A stretch of DNA of 61,174 nucleotides, filler included. It is 4 parts of 4 records of this genome, joined end to end, with 100 filler letters (N's around TTAATTAATTAA, not from the genome) between each part and the next. Parts side by side here need not be neighbours in the genome. Positions count along the whole stretch, not along the records: positions 1 to 24,039 come from SRR20825019_2420; positions 24,140 to 29,892 come from SRR20825019_2421; 2 more parts are not named here. One strand, written 5' to 3'. Shown one piece after another: positions 12,779 through 24,829 of this stretch. The notes beneath the pieces were generated by a model. The model searched no databases, was not told the origin of the DNA, and saw only the letters and a list, made by a program, of their open reading frames with translations. How positions within the stretch are numbered: the first letter of the stretch is position 1; every line of letters begins with the position of its first letter. The translations under genes were made by a program, and so were the position numbers.

Positions 12779-14146
12779 TTATTCCTCTTCAAACTCAAAC
12801 TCATCAGTGTCTGCGTCATCGTCGTCGTCATCGTCACTGGCGTCGGAGCCAATCGCGGTGGTGACTGGATGCCGATTCCTCGACATCTCCCACTCATCGT
12901 ACCAATACTTCCATACACGCGCCTCCTCCTTCGTGCATATTCTGAACCCCCCCACCCCCTGGCCCTGCGCCCCTCGCTCATTCCGTCTATTTCGAAGTAC
13001 CACTTCATATGCCCATGGGGATGCAGGATTGAACTGCGTGAAGTGCACGCGGATGGACTCCTCCACGATGTCCACCGAGCTCACCACCCCGCGCCACCAT
13101 CCCCACACGTCATACCCCCGGAAGTGGAACTGGATCTCGACATCTTGCCCCACCAGCTTGGCCGCATCCTGCACGGTGACCCCTTCGGGCCAGTACAGCC
13201 CATACGGATCCAGGTCACGCACATCCGCCGGCACCGGCCGGATCCGCTCCTCCCCAAGCACCTCAGGATAGAAAACCTCCCGGGGCTCGTTCCTCCGGTA
13301 GTATTCACAATGGAACAGACGGCGAGGGTATCGCACCAGGCCGTCTGGGGCGGGCCCGCCCTTGGGCTGGCGGGGCACGGTCTTCTTGAGCGTGCATACG
13401 GCATCATATGCCGACTGGCGCACCCCTTCCCTCCGGTGCTTCTCGATCACCTGGCCCACGCAGCACAGCTTCCTCGTCACAAACGAGATATACGCCTGCC
13501 TCCAGTCAGTGATGGCGATGGCATTGGCCGGCAGAAACATTTCGTACGTGAAGTCCCACGAGTCACTGGGCAGGTCACTACGATAACGACACCGACTCCA
13601 GTCCCAGAAGGAGGGTGCCATGCGGAGGCAGATCCGCTCCCAGGCCGTGGACTGAGACGCCACTACGTAAAAGGCCTTGCAAGTGCGGCCGAGGCGGCAC
13701 AGATCCCGCGGCTCGTGGAGGAACTGGGCGATGTGAGAGAGCATGTCTGCGGACAGCACCTCGATCGTCACGGGGCCCTCCCCCTCCCTGGCCGCCACTA
13801 CATTGCCTGGCGGCTGCTGTGTCAACCTTGTGTTGACGGCACCGATGTACTTGGTGACGGTCTGCAGCTCGCCGTCGTCAAGGCCCATCAGTGCGTGGTG
13901 TGCCGAGTCCACAAACGCCCGGAAGTTGTCGGTGTCCACCACCCCTTCTCCAAGGTGCCCCGCGGTCTCGCGCAGGAGGGCTTCCACCTTGCCGCGGGAG
14001 GGTTTGGTCAGTGTATGCACCATCACCTCCTCCGAGTAGAGCGATAGTCCCCGCAGGCGCGTGAGCTCGTCCGTGACCGTCCCCCCCACAGACGAAGAGC
14101 CACTGGTGCTGCGGCCCTCGCTGCCCTTATTGGTCGCCTGCCCCAT
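12779..14146 (-). CDS. F-box protein
   Basis: LSADMLSHIAQFLHEPRDLCRLGRTCKAFYVVASQSTAWERIC is an F-box motif; single exon; likely ATG at 14146 (MGQATNK) with TATA-like element at ~14185. Confidence 0.8.
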   Translation of the reverse strand: MGQATNKGSEGRSTSGSSSVGGTVTDELTRLRGLSLYSEEVMVHTLTKPSRGKVEALLRETAGHLGEGVVDTDNFRAFVDSAHHALMGLDDGELQTVTKYIGAVNTRLTQQPPGNVVAAREGEGPVTIEVLSADMLSHIAQFLHEPRDLCRLGRTCKAFYVVASQSTAWERICLRMAPSFWDWSRCRYRSDLPSDSWDFTYEMFLPANAIAITDWRQAYISFVTRKLCCVGQVIEKHRREGVRQSAYDAVCTLKKTVPRQPKGGPAPDGLVRYPRRLFHCEYYRRNEPREVFYPEVLGEERIRPVPADVRDLDPYGLYWPEGVTVQDAAKLVGQDVEIQFHFRGYDVWGWWRGVVSSVDIVEESIRVHFTQFNPASPWAYEVVLRNRRNERGAQGQGVGGFRICTKEEARVWKYWYDEWEMSRNRHPVTTAIGSDASDDDDDDDADTDEFEFEEE

Positions 14147-14319
14147 TAGCCTGGAACTGGCAGCTCCCACACTCGAACTGTAGGTATATAACAAGCACAC
14201 GGCGGGTGCCGGCCCCGCCCGCCGGGTGCGAGCCACTGCACTCCGAACTTGCGAACTGACCTGAAACAGCGCGTCCGTCGCGCCACGCCGCACCATCTGA
14301 CGGAGAGACAAGTGGTTCC

Positions 14320-15100
14320 ACCGGAATGGTCAGGCTGGCTCGGTCGGCTCCCCGCAGGGCCCGGTGGTGGATCAGGCCGGGCCGGTGGGTGCTGCTGGAG
14401 GGCCGCGGTGCAACGCGGGGACAGCGTTCCGGAACGCCGAACTCCGAACCACCTGCTTGGCGGGTCCTCTGCCGCCCGGACTCGGCAGCACACCGTGTGC
14501 ATGACTGAGCGGCTGACGAGGCCAAACCGGGCCGCCTCCCTCCAGGGCTGAACCGGCCGCACCCGGCCGGGCACCCGGCCGGCTTGCCGTCGAGTGCGGG
14601 CCGGGCGGGCCCCGGATCAGTCTCCTAGGGTGACGGCGCTCACCGGCCCGGCTGACGATCAAACTGTGACCCGATGCGGGGCCGGCCAAAGCCCGGGAGC
14701 CGGGACGAGCCCCCGGGCGGGTGCACCTCCGGCGGGCCGGGGTCGGCCCTGCCCCCAATTGGGTCATCAGTCCCTGGCTGCCCTTGGGACAGCGGGTCAG
14801 TGACGGATCCCCGCACCTATAGTATACCCCCAATTGGGGAGTTTGCGGCGTGCCCTCACGAATCATGCGCACTGTCAATGGTCCGGCAGTGCCACCAGGC
14901 CGCCCCTCACAGCCGCACTCAGGGACGGAAAGAGCGGCCGGCGTACACAGAGATAGTTGTGGGGCCGGCCATGTGGCGACGCACCGCCGGCCTTGCCTGT
15001 CGCGTGCCAGGCCGGCCGGCCGGGTGGACCCGGCGGGACATAGTGGGAGTGGCCGGACGACAGCTAGGAAGCTGAGACACTCAGCCGACACTGGCTCACT
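14320..15100. promoter_or_regulatory. GC-rich bidirectional promoter island with two CCCAATTGGG palindromes
   Basis: Palindromes at 14754-14763 and 14828-14839 (CCCCAATTGGGG); lies between divergent genes. Confidence 0.6.
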
Positions 15101-15170
15101 CCGCCATGCTTGGCTGGTCATGCAGGTGCATATATGACACGGCGTCGCTCAGAAGGACCCCCAAGCAAGC

Positions 15171-18100
15171 ATGTCGGCACAGGAGCTGCGCGAGGAGTTT
15201 GCAGAGGAGTTCGCGCGATGTGCCCTCGGCAGCACGCCGAAAGAGACGTCGCAGAAGCGCGCGGCACTAATCCGGGAGCGGCTCACCGAGGGCACCGCTG
15301 ACTACGAATACTTCCGTCTGCTCCAGCACACCAACGACGCGAGCGACCCCACCCTTGACGCTGGGGAGCGGGCGGCGGCGCTGGTGGAGGCACAGAGGGC
15401 GCTCGATGCACTGAAGCAGTGCAAGCGCGGGCACGAGCGCCTCGACGAGTGCACCAGCCGCGTCGCACTCATCAAGTATGACCTCAGCCCTGGTAAGAGC
15501 CGGCTCGTCCACGTGTTGTTAGTGGAGTGGCCCTCACCCTCTCGTCTACAGACAAGAAGGCAGGCGCACGGGACCTGGCGTCATCGCTGGGCGTGCGCTT
15601 CCAGGACGCACAGGTACGTGTGCGGTTGCGGCAGTGGCCTAGGATGTTAATACCGGCACCGTTGAGGACTCACAACCCTCCCTCCAGGACCCCAGTGTAA
15701 TGGCGCTCACGGACACCCCCGGGGGCAAGCAGCCGGCCCACCCCTCACTGTGGGTGCCATCTTGCGTGCTGGATCATGACTGACGTTGGTGCAGGCGCGG
15801 GGAGAGCGGGGACCCGGACACGGTGGTGCGGGAGGCCCTGCGCGACCTCAAAAGTAACGGACTGGACAGTCGCTTCAGGGAGCAAGGTGGGTTGTGCGGT
15901 TTTATGGTGTGGCTCGTGTTGACAGGTGCCGACAGCGTATGCTCGTGTGGTGTCTATTCTTGGGGACGGATACGGCAAGTTCGACCGGGACCAGGTGCTG
16001 CTGCTGGCACGCGCCACGCCCCCGGGGAGCCCCATTCTTGTCGGCATGTGCGTTCACATCCTCACTGCCAAGTCAGCGCCCGGGCGCAAATCCGCCAAGG
16101 TGACCAGCCGGAGGCGGACCCCCTGCCGGCGTGTGACTGACGCATCCGCAGCCGTCCCTCGGGGACGTGTACCGCACGCGCCTCACTATTGCGCAGATGA
16201 AGGAGCTTCGCCAGAAGCACAAGGACGTGGTGAATGACGAGGAGTACATCCTGGCCATCGCGGAGAAGATTATCCGCCACGGCGCGGAGCCCAACCCCAC
16301 GGGCGCTGCCCTCCTGCAAGTGATGGACAACCTGTGGACCATGGTCAAGGACCTCCCCCCAAAATATGCCGCTCTCCGTCGCGCTGTCCTCTTCAACCTG
16401 GTTCGGGAGACCCGGGCCACCACCGGTGCCGTGCCAATAGAGCCGTTTCTTGAGTTCCTGCGCAGCCTTGCGGAGATGGAGGACAGCCGTAATGACTCAA
16501 AGGTACACTGTGTGTTTGATCAGGGGGCGTGCCGAACCTAACCACGCCTGCAGCTGAACACCCGACAGTACGCCAGCCTGATCGCCATCGAGGCCCCCCG
16601 TGTCCACCGGGCATTCGGTGAGTCCCCCCACCATCCCCAATCACCCTCCAGTGGAACTCATATGTTCGCACCCCCACAGCCGAAGAATGTTTGGCCGAGC
16701 TGTTCGCCCAAGACAGCATTGCGTTCGAGAAGGTACTGCCCCTGTGGAACGAGAACAAGCTTCGCAAAATCCAGAACATTGCCCGCCACCAGGCTGGCCT
16801 CCGTAAGTGACTCATGCTGCCTCAACCCCTCCCCTCTCATGCTCGCCCGCAGCCTGCTCGGAGCCCATCGACACGGAGACAGTGGACAGCGTGCTGATGG
16901 ACTTTGCTCCTCACAACAAGAAGCTGTTTGGGCCCCAGGAGACGGTGCGCCTGGACGTGGACGTCAAGAACGTCAAGACGCTGATTGTCAAGGTATTCTT
17001 CATCAACACCTATGAGTGGTACCGGGCAAACTCGCGCCGCGTGGACTTTGACATCACCGTCGACGGCATGGTTCCGAACCACGAGACGACGCTCGAGTAC
17101 TCCGAGCCGCCCGTCCGCAAGGTCCGTCGGACCATTGAGCTGCCGGATCTCCCCACTCGGGGAGTCTTTGTGGTCGATCTGATCGGCAACGGGATGAGCA
17201 GCCGGGCGGTGGTGGAGAAAGGGCATCTCCGCATCGTCGAGAAGCGCGTGGGCAGCGCGGGGCACGTGTTCCAGGTGCTGGATGAGGAGGGCAAGGCGGT
17301 GACGGGGCCTGTGGACGTGGAGCTGTCGGGCCATGTATACCATCCTGACTATCACAACGAGGTCACCATCCCCTTTACCTCCGCCTCTGGCGGCCGAGCC
17401 CTCCTGGCCACAGTCGGTGATTTCACGGATTTCCGCTTCTTTGAGCACAAGAGTGAGAATTTTTCGCTCGAATGCTCATTCGATGTGGACCGCGAGTCCC
17501 TCGTTGCGGGGCACATGGCATCCGTAATAGTGAGACCCATCCTTACTATCAACGGCCAGCGCGCATCCCTGGCAACGTTCAGTGACCCTGTCCTCAAGAT
17601 CACAAGCGAGGACTCCTCCAATGTAAAGGTGGGTGCTGACGGGCCGCGGGCGATTGCGTGCCGCACTGATGGCGATCCTCCTACAGACTGACAAGGATGT
17701 GCGCCCGTTCCCGGTGGTGGATGGAGAGGAGTCCGTGCACAAGTTCTATGTACCGGAGAATATGCGGAGTCTGACTTTCGCGCTGACGCTGGGGACACTA
17801 ACCAGCTCCCCAGTGACCTATGCGATCAACTCGGACTCGTCCAGCCCCTGCGACATCTTCCTTCGAGAGTAAGGTTGCGATGGGGGGGGATGTGAGCACG
17901 TCTGACATTGCAGGCTGCAGGACCGTGGAAGGACATTCGATCCATATCCTAGGCCGGAATGGCGAGCCCTTGCCTGGCGCCAAGGTTGACATCAAGCTGG
18001 CGCACCGCTATCTTAGCGGCAATACCAATGAGAGGTATGTCTCCCTGGTCAGGCGAGCCGCCCTGCTGACCTGACGCACAGCTATTGCACGGATGCGGCC

Positions 18101-21100
18101 GGAGTGGTGCGGCTCGGCCATCTGGACTGCTTTGAATCGCTTTCTGTGCAGACGTTTGGCTCCCACCGTGTTTTCTCCCTCCTGTCGTACCGGACCGCAG
18201 TGAAGTTCCCCCGCAAGGTCGTCGTATGCGAGGGATCCGACGCCGTGTTCCCGCTGTACTCCCAGCCGGGCCTCGGTCTCCTCCCCAAGTTTAGTCTGGT
18301 CCGGTGCAGTGCCATCGACGGCGACGTGTGCATCGAGGACTTCAGCGCAAACATCAAGTCGGACGGCGAGGCGGGCTTAACCAGGTGCAGCGGCCTTCCC
18401 GCAGGGGAGTACATGCTCCACATGGTGGAGGGTGGCCGCCCGGTTCATATCTGTGTGGTCAAAGGAACAGTGTCCGGCAATCTGGTCACCACCGCAAGAC
18501 GGGTCCAGTCCGTCGACGACAAGACGCCACTCAACGTGAAGGGCATCACCACCAACGGCGACCGGATCGCCATCCGCGTCACCGGCCACACCCGCCACAC
18601 GCGAGTGCACGCGTGGGTCACCAAGTTCGTCCCCTCTACCGACATATTGACGCTGACGGATGCTCACGCCCCCTCAGCCGCCGTCGATTACGAGACCGAG
18701 GGCCCAGGGAACAGATATTCTGACGGCTGCCGGCGCATTGGCGATGAGATGCGATATGTCCTCGACCGCAAGTTCTTGCCCAGCCAGACTGGTTGCATGC
18801 TACCACGGCCTTCCCTCCTTATCAACCCCGTCGCCCTCCGCAGCACCGAGGCGGACGCTGAGAAGCTGGAGGTTGGCGAGGAAGTGGGAATGGCGCGCTG
18901 TAAGATGATGATGAGCCCCAACGCGCCCATGATGAAGAAGAAAGCCAAGGCAAAGAAGCGGGGCGGCTACAGTAGCACTGAGTCACTTGACCCCAGCCTG
19001 GACTTCCTGGATGCCCCTGCGGATGTTTTTGCTAATCTCCGTGTGAATGAGAATGGGCTGGTGGAGGTGGATGGGACAGCGATCCTTGGGGGCGGGCAGC
19101 TTGTCCGCGTTGTTGCAACGGATGGCGACCGCTCCTGTGTTCATGTTGCCCCAGTCTCCTTCGGCGCCGGCACCCAACTCGATCTGCGCACGCGCGACCG
19201 GCGGCAGGTGGAGCTCAGCCCCGCGGAACACTACATGGAGAAGGAATCAATCACGGCGGTGCAGGCGGGGCATGCCACCGAGGTGACAGACGCCTCCGGC
19301 AAGGGAATGAGCGTGTTTGATTCTGTCGCGCGCTGCTACCAGCTGGTCTCCACCCTTAACCCCGGAGCGGGGCTTGACCGGTTCGATTTCATCACGCGTT
19401 GGCACGTGCTGTCGACAAAAGACAAGAGCAAGTTTCTCTCCAAGCACGCGTGCTTCGAGCTTTACCTGTATGTATACTTCAAGGACCCCGCTGCATTCAC
19501 CGAGCTCGTCCGGCCCCACCTCGCCAACAAGATCCCCGACCAAAGGCAGTTCCTTGACCAATACATGCTGGGTGAAGACCTGGGTGCCTACCTCTCCCTG
19601 CCCCACTTTAGCCGCCTCAATGCACTTGAGAAGGCACTCCTTGCGGGTCGAGTGGGCGCGGACGATGCTGCGTCCATCATTGCACACCTCGCCGACCTCA
19701 GTGGCGCTCCCAGTGCAGGCCACGTCAAGCGGATATTTCAGACCGCCCTGCAGAGCGAGGCCATGAGCGAGCCGGAGCCAGTCATGGTCGAGGCGGCGTT
19801 CTGCGATGTAATGGCACCGCCTCCGCCCGGTGGCCCTGCAGAGCGGAGCGTTGGCGGCGGGCGCCGCCGCCTGATGGCCAGAAAGATGGATACCCCTGTA
19901 AGCGAATCAGAAGAGGAGGAGAGTGATGATGATGAGATGGGCGAAGGTATGTTTTCGGATGCCAGCAGCCGCAGCGGCTCGGACGATGATGATGGCATCC
20001 TCCGCGATGCGGACAGATTCGCCTCGAACCACCGTCGCACGTTCTACAAGCCCGTGGGCAAGACGCAGGAGCTTGCGGAGACCGGATACCTGGAAGTGAA
20101 GCCGGGCGCGTCAACGTCGCAGCTAGTGGAGCCGTCTGTGTTCTGGCTGGCGCTCGCGCGGCATCAGGCGAACTCAGCGCAGGATCCGTTTGTGTCGGAG
20201 CACTTCGGGCTGGCCGCGCTGTCCGGGTCCCTGGCGGAGATGATGGGGTGCCTCGCCGTGCTTGGGGTCGAGGCCAACCCCAGGACGTACACAGTCACCC
20301 GCGGTGACAATGGATGCCACGTCGTCACCGCGACATCGCCCATGGTCCTCTTCGGCAAGTCCCGCCAGCGTGTGGAGCCCGACACGGAGGGAGCGGGGAT
20401 CCTGGTCGCTCAGAACTTCTTCGACCCGCAGGACCGCTATGTGCAAGACAGCCACGGCCGCCGGGAGAAATTCGTGGTGGGAGAGTTCATTCGGCGTAGG
20501 AGATACGGGTGCCAGGTGACTCTGACCAACGTCTCGTGCGGGGTCAAGCACGTGGACATGATCCGCTTCATCCCCGCCGGCAGCATGCCGCTGGATGCCC
20601 CCACGCTCGCCTCGGACAACCAGCGATTCATGCTCGATCCTTACTCCACAAAGGTCATTGACTTCCACTTTTACTTTCCGGAGACGGGCACGTACGAGTG
20701 CTACCCGGTCCACGTCGGGGAGGCCGGGCGGCTGATCGGATATGTCGACCGTCTCCCGCCGCTCCAAGTGGTGGCGCACGCCTCCAAGGTGGACATGACC
20801 TCCTGGAAGCAGATGTCCCAGCTGGCGTCCCCCGCGGAGGTCCTCGCCTTCATGCGGTCGGCGGAGAGCGTCACCAGGCAGTGCTCGCCTCTCTCACTGA
20901 TATCGTGGCGGCTCAACGACGCAGGGTTCTTCGGCGAGTGCCTGTCGCTGCTGCGTGGCCGGCATGTGTTCCACACGGAACTGTGGAAGTACGCGTTCAT
21001 GCACGGTGACCACGAGGCCATCACCGAGTACATCGGGATGGCCGACCGGCTGCGCCGCGGTGTGGGCCCCAAGATCTCCACTAGCACCCTCACCCTCACC

Positions 21101-22153
21101 AGTGAGCAGACCGGGGCCTTCCATTACCTCGAGTACGCCCCGCTCGTCAATGCCCGCGCCCACCAGGTGTCCAAGCGCCGGAAGATACTCAACATGTCCC
21201 TCCGCGAGCAGTATGGCCGCCTGATGCGGTCTCTCGGCCACTCGAACACCCTGGAGCACCAAGAGATCCTCCAGTGGGCCGTGTACCTTCTCAAGCAGGA
21301 CCGCTTCGAGGAGGCGGCATCAACTTTTGCTGCCCTGCCCCCCTCCTCCGACGTGGCCCGGCTGGCGCAGACGCGCTATCTGGAGGCATACTTCGGCACG
21401 CTGAGAGGCGATCTGGATGCCGCCCTCGCAGTCGCGCGGGAGTTCACGTCCTATCCGAACGACAGGTGGAGAGAGCTGTTCAACACACTCCACGATTACC
21501 TGTCGGAATGCCGTGGCGATGTCGGCGGGGCGCTGCAGAAGGCCGGGCCGGGTGTTGCCGAGCACGAGGCGTCGCTGGAGTTTGAGATTGTGGACAACAA
21601 CGTCACGATCCACAGCGAGAATCTGAAGTCGTGCCGCGTTCGGTACTATCCCCTGGAGATCGAATCCCTGTTCTCCACGAATCCGTTCCTCTTTGTGGAG
21701 TCTGGCGCCGCGAGCGGGGGCATGTTTGCCAATATCATGCCGGCTCTCACTCAGGAAGTTCCCCTTGACCCGACCGGCGTGACGTCCATCCCTCAGCAAT
21801 CTGCGCAGAGCTCTATGCAGAACTACATGCTCGAGGTGTCCGCGGCGGGCATCGTGAGGCGCCGGCCCCACTGCACTTCCTCGCTCCGCGTGACCATCCT
21901 GGGCAACTCAGGCTGCCTCCGCGTGTGCGACGACGGGGGGAAGCCTCTGGCGCGCGTGTATGTGAAGGTGTACGCGGACACCGGGGACGCCGCGTCGCCC
22001 TTTTACAAGGACGGATACACTGATCTACGCGGCAAGTTCGACTACACCTCCCTCAGCAATAACCTGTTGGAGCGCACCCGTCGCTTTGCCATCCTTGTCA
22101 TCAGCAGCGACCATGGCGCTCAGGTCCGTGAGACCCGTCCGCCCGCCGTGTGA
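15171..22153 (+). CDS. very large (~2,000 aa) protein, multi-exon; resembles Dictyostelium AbpF-like / bacterial large conserved proteins
   Basis: Exons in ORFs 15171-, 15926-, 16167-, 16807-, 17633-, 17820- plus a 1349-codon terminal ORF. Motifs RYVLDRK..GCMLPRPSLLINP, YLEYAPLVNARAH and FYKDGYTDLRGKFDY. Family assignment is from memory. Confidence 0.75.
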
Positions 22154-22277
22154 GGGGACGGCTGACAGTATTCCCGCCATCGGTTGGCCGACTGGACTCG
22201 ATAAATACACTCCATGCACATTCCGGCTCGGATCATCGACCAGCGATTCATTGAGCAATACTCTTTATTCGGCAGGC

Positions 22278-23283
22278 TTAGTCCACTCGGCGCACATTGA
22301 AGCGCCCCGTCTTGGCGGGGCTCGCCATTGCCGTGCCCTGCGCGAAGGACTCGAGCACGGGCCACCAGTATGCCGGCGGCCACTGCTCATCAGCGTACTC
22401 CAAGCGGAAAATGTCAAGGACCGACCCACCGGACTGAACCACATACGCTATGATATCCTTCAACTTGTCTTCGGTCCAGTAGTCGGTCTGGTAGGGGCCG
22501 AGGCCTATCCCCGCCTTGCTAAGATTCCCGGATCCCGCCTTCACCTTGCCAAAGAAATTATCGATGATGCTTTTGAAGTCGTCATTGCCATACGTTTGCA
22601 TCTGCTGAAGCTCATCGAGTCCACCGGCGGCCGCGAGCGACTGATAGTCGCTGAGTAGGTGGGACCAGTCAGCGACGCATATGGTCAAGCGCAGGCCCTC
22701 CTTGTGCAGTGCCTCTCCAAGCGCATTCAGAAACTCCACCAACCTAGCCACCGCGTGCGGGTCGGTATCGGACGGATACTCATCCTCATAGTCAATGAAC
22801 CACCCGGAGAAGTTGAAGTGCTTGGCAATAGACACGGCGTCGGATATGAAGGCGGACTGGTTCTGGTACACGAGGTGCATCTGCGTGGAGTTGTCGATGT
22901 CCACCAGGTATGGGAGCACGGGGAGACTGATATCATTCAGCGGCTTCGTGTACTGCACACAAGTAAGGTCAGGGTTTGGTCAACCGCCCCACCACCATGA
23001 ACGTTACCGCGAATATGTCCTTTTCGTTCTGCCACCAATAAGTCAGGTTGCCGTCAAGAGGAAAGAAGTTGAAGTTGGGCTGCATGGTGGAGAAGGCAGC
23101 GCGGTGCTCCTTGATAATGGCATAGTTCTGAAAGAATTGTCTGTCGTCCACGATGTCCATCCACCACTGAATCCGTCGAGGGGACTCGGCGCCAGCGTCA
23201 ACATCTACACCGGCAAAGGTGCTGTTGGCCAAGAGCACCACAGCGAGCGATATTTTGACGAGGGTTGACGCCGACAGGTGCAT
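22278..23283 (-). CDS. secreted glycoside hydrolase family 18-like protein, two exons
   Basis: Signal peptide MHLSASTLVKISLAVVLLANSTFA; intron ~22953-23007 (GTAACG..CCTGAC..TGCAG); FSGWFIDYE and MQTY resemble GH18 beta4 and beta6 motifs. Confidence 0.65.
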
Positions 23284-23349
23284 TGCCACCTAAGGGAGTA
23301 ACCTAGCTAGTTCTTCCGTCACACTGTGGCATTTCAAGATAATATGTGA

Positions 23350-24000
23350 AGCTGTCCTCTACTCCAAGGAGCGCTGCAGGGACTTGCGCTGACCGCTGGC
23401 CCGATGACCATGGTGAGGGCAGCGGGCTGCCCGCCCGAGGCCCCGGTTCCGACGGGCAAACTGAGGTTTCTCCGACAGAGGCCCGAGCGCGACAGTACCG
23501 GGGTTGGCGGCCCGATCGGTCCGACGCCGCCGACTTGACTGGCCGCTGCGCTGCACGGTTGAAAGACGCCCTCCGCCGAGTGACCCACCAGGCTCATCCC
23601 AACGTCCAACAGTGCCCCGGCCCCGGCCGCGCCCGGGGCCACCGTCCGGTCCGGCGGCCCCCGGGGGCGCCGGCCCGACGCGGCTCTCATTGAGGCGGGG
23701 ACTCCCGACTCGACTCATCACGGAACTGTGCCTTCTCACTGGCAGTGATCCAATGGCGGGAAAACCATCACCCGGTCACACAGGTTGCAACAAACGACTC
23801 CCCAATTGGGATTATATTGGGGTGAGAGATGGATTTTCGCCCGGCCGGCTGATCTCCCGCAATCTCGGTCAGCGGGTGGCAGCCGATGCCTTTGCCCAGG
23901 GCGGACCGCGTCACGCACCCGAGTGGCCCGGGCCGTCCACCAACCCGAGGTGAACGGCAAATTGGGACCAGAGTTGGAGGGTTGACTCTGTCATCGTCAC
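23350..24000. promoter_or_regulatory. GC-rich island upstream of the GH18-like gene
   Basis: GC-rich non-coding DNA; CCCCAATTGGGAT at 23800-23812. Confidence 0.55.
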
Positions 24001-24014
24001 TCATCAGCCTTACA

Positions 24015-24039
24015 CCCCCCCCCCCCCCCCCCCCCCCCC
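24015..24039. repeat. poly-C homopolymer at contig 1 end
   Basis: 25 consecutive C. Confidence 0.95.
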
Positions 24040-24139
24040 NNNNNNNNNNNNNNNNNNNNNNNNNNNNNNNNNNNNNNNNNNNNTTAATTAATTAANNNNN
24101 NNNNNNNNNNNNNNNNNNNNNNNNNNNNNNNNNNNNNNN
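24040..24139. other. artificial contig linker
   Basis: N44-TTAATTAATTAA-N44, stops in all six frames. Confidence 0.98.
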
Positions 24140-24189
24140 ACACACAACACACACACACACACACACACAGACACACCGGCACACACACC
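24140..24189. repeat. (CA)n microsatellite at contig 2 start
   Basis: imperfect CA dinucleotide run. Confidence 0.9.
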
Positions 24190-24829
24190 TTTTCCGCTTC
24201 AGTCTTCGCTTGTATCGGACAGTCACCCGCATTCACGCCTATCCATAAAACTGCATCCATATGGTATGACATACTTTATTTACAAATAGTCAATATGCAC
24301 ACATCAAACTCCTCGAGCCCCGTCCATTCTAACGAAGCACTTGCAAAAATTATCAGTGCTCTCCCAAAACCTGTCTATATTCGCGACCAAAATCGCGTGG
24401 ACAGGTATTGCTTTGGAATTCCTACAACTACACCAGTGACGACAAGCAAACGCGTTGAATCCGCAAAGTAGATGAAAGTTCCCTGGCTGTCTCTCCAAAA
24501 GGCTTCGTCACTCAACATCCAATTCTGTCATGAAAGTTGCCCGCGGATGAGTATGAGCTTCCAGCAATCTGTGCGTTGGAAGGCCCGAGCTGCATGGCCT
24601 CTATATGTCTCCATTTGACACATACAAAGCAACTCCTTATTCATATAAAGCGTACACACTTTCCTGTTCACATCAGTCTTCTTGGGTTTCCCAAGTGCAT
24701 GCTCTGAGTTTTGAGCTGCCTATTTCTTGAGGCCTGCAGACACCCCGCAACAGGGAATATGTGCGGGCTCTGTTCATAGACCTTCCCATGCGCTCCAACC
24801 CACCCAATACACCCGAACAATTTTTCATT

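Noticed and set aside
12755-14047. 430-aa plus-strand ORF antisense to the F-box gene, and similar shadow ORFs (5011-5886, 6350-7000, 16837-17448)
   Set aside because: Antisense shadows of GC3-rich genes with no recognisable motifs.
14372-15121. R/P/G/A-rich ORFs in the GC islands (also 1535-2290, 23334-23953, 28673-29787, 57670-58472)
   Set aside because: Expected from the scarcity of stop codons in very GC-rich DNA; overlapping in many frames with no domains.
1-24039. Contig 1 as a circular element or nanochromosome with poly-C telomeres
   Set aside because: The C-runs are on the same strand at both ends (telomeres would give C then G), the content is ordinary nuclear genes, and homopolymers commonly break assemblies.
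24084-24095. TTAATTAATTAA repeated three times as a biological repeat or target site
   Set aside because: Always centred in identical N padding; a six-frame-stop concatenation linker.
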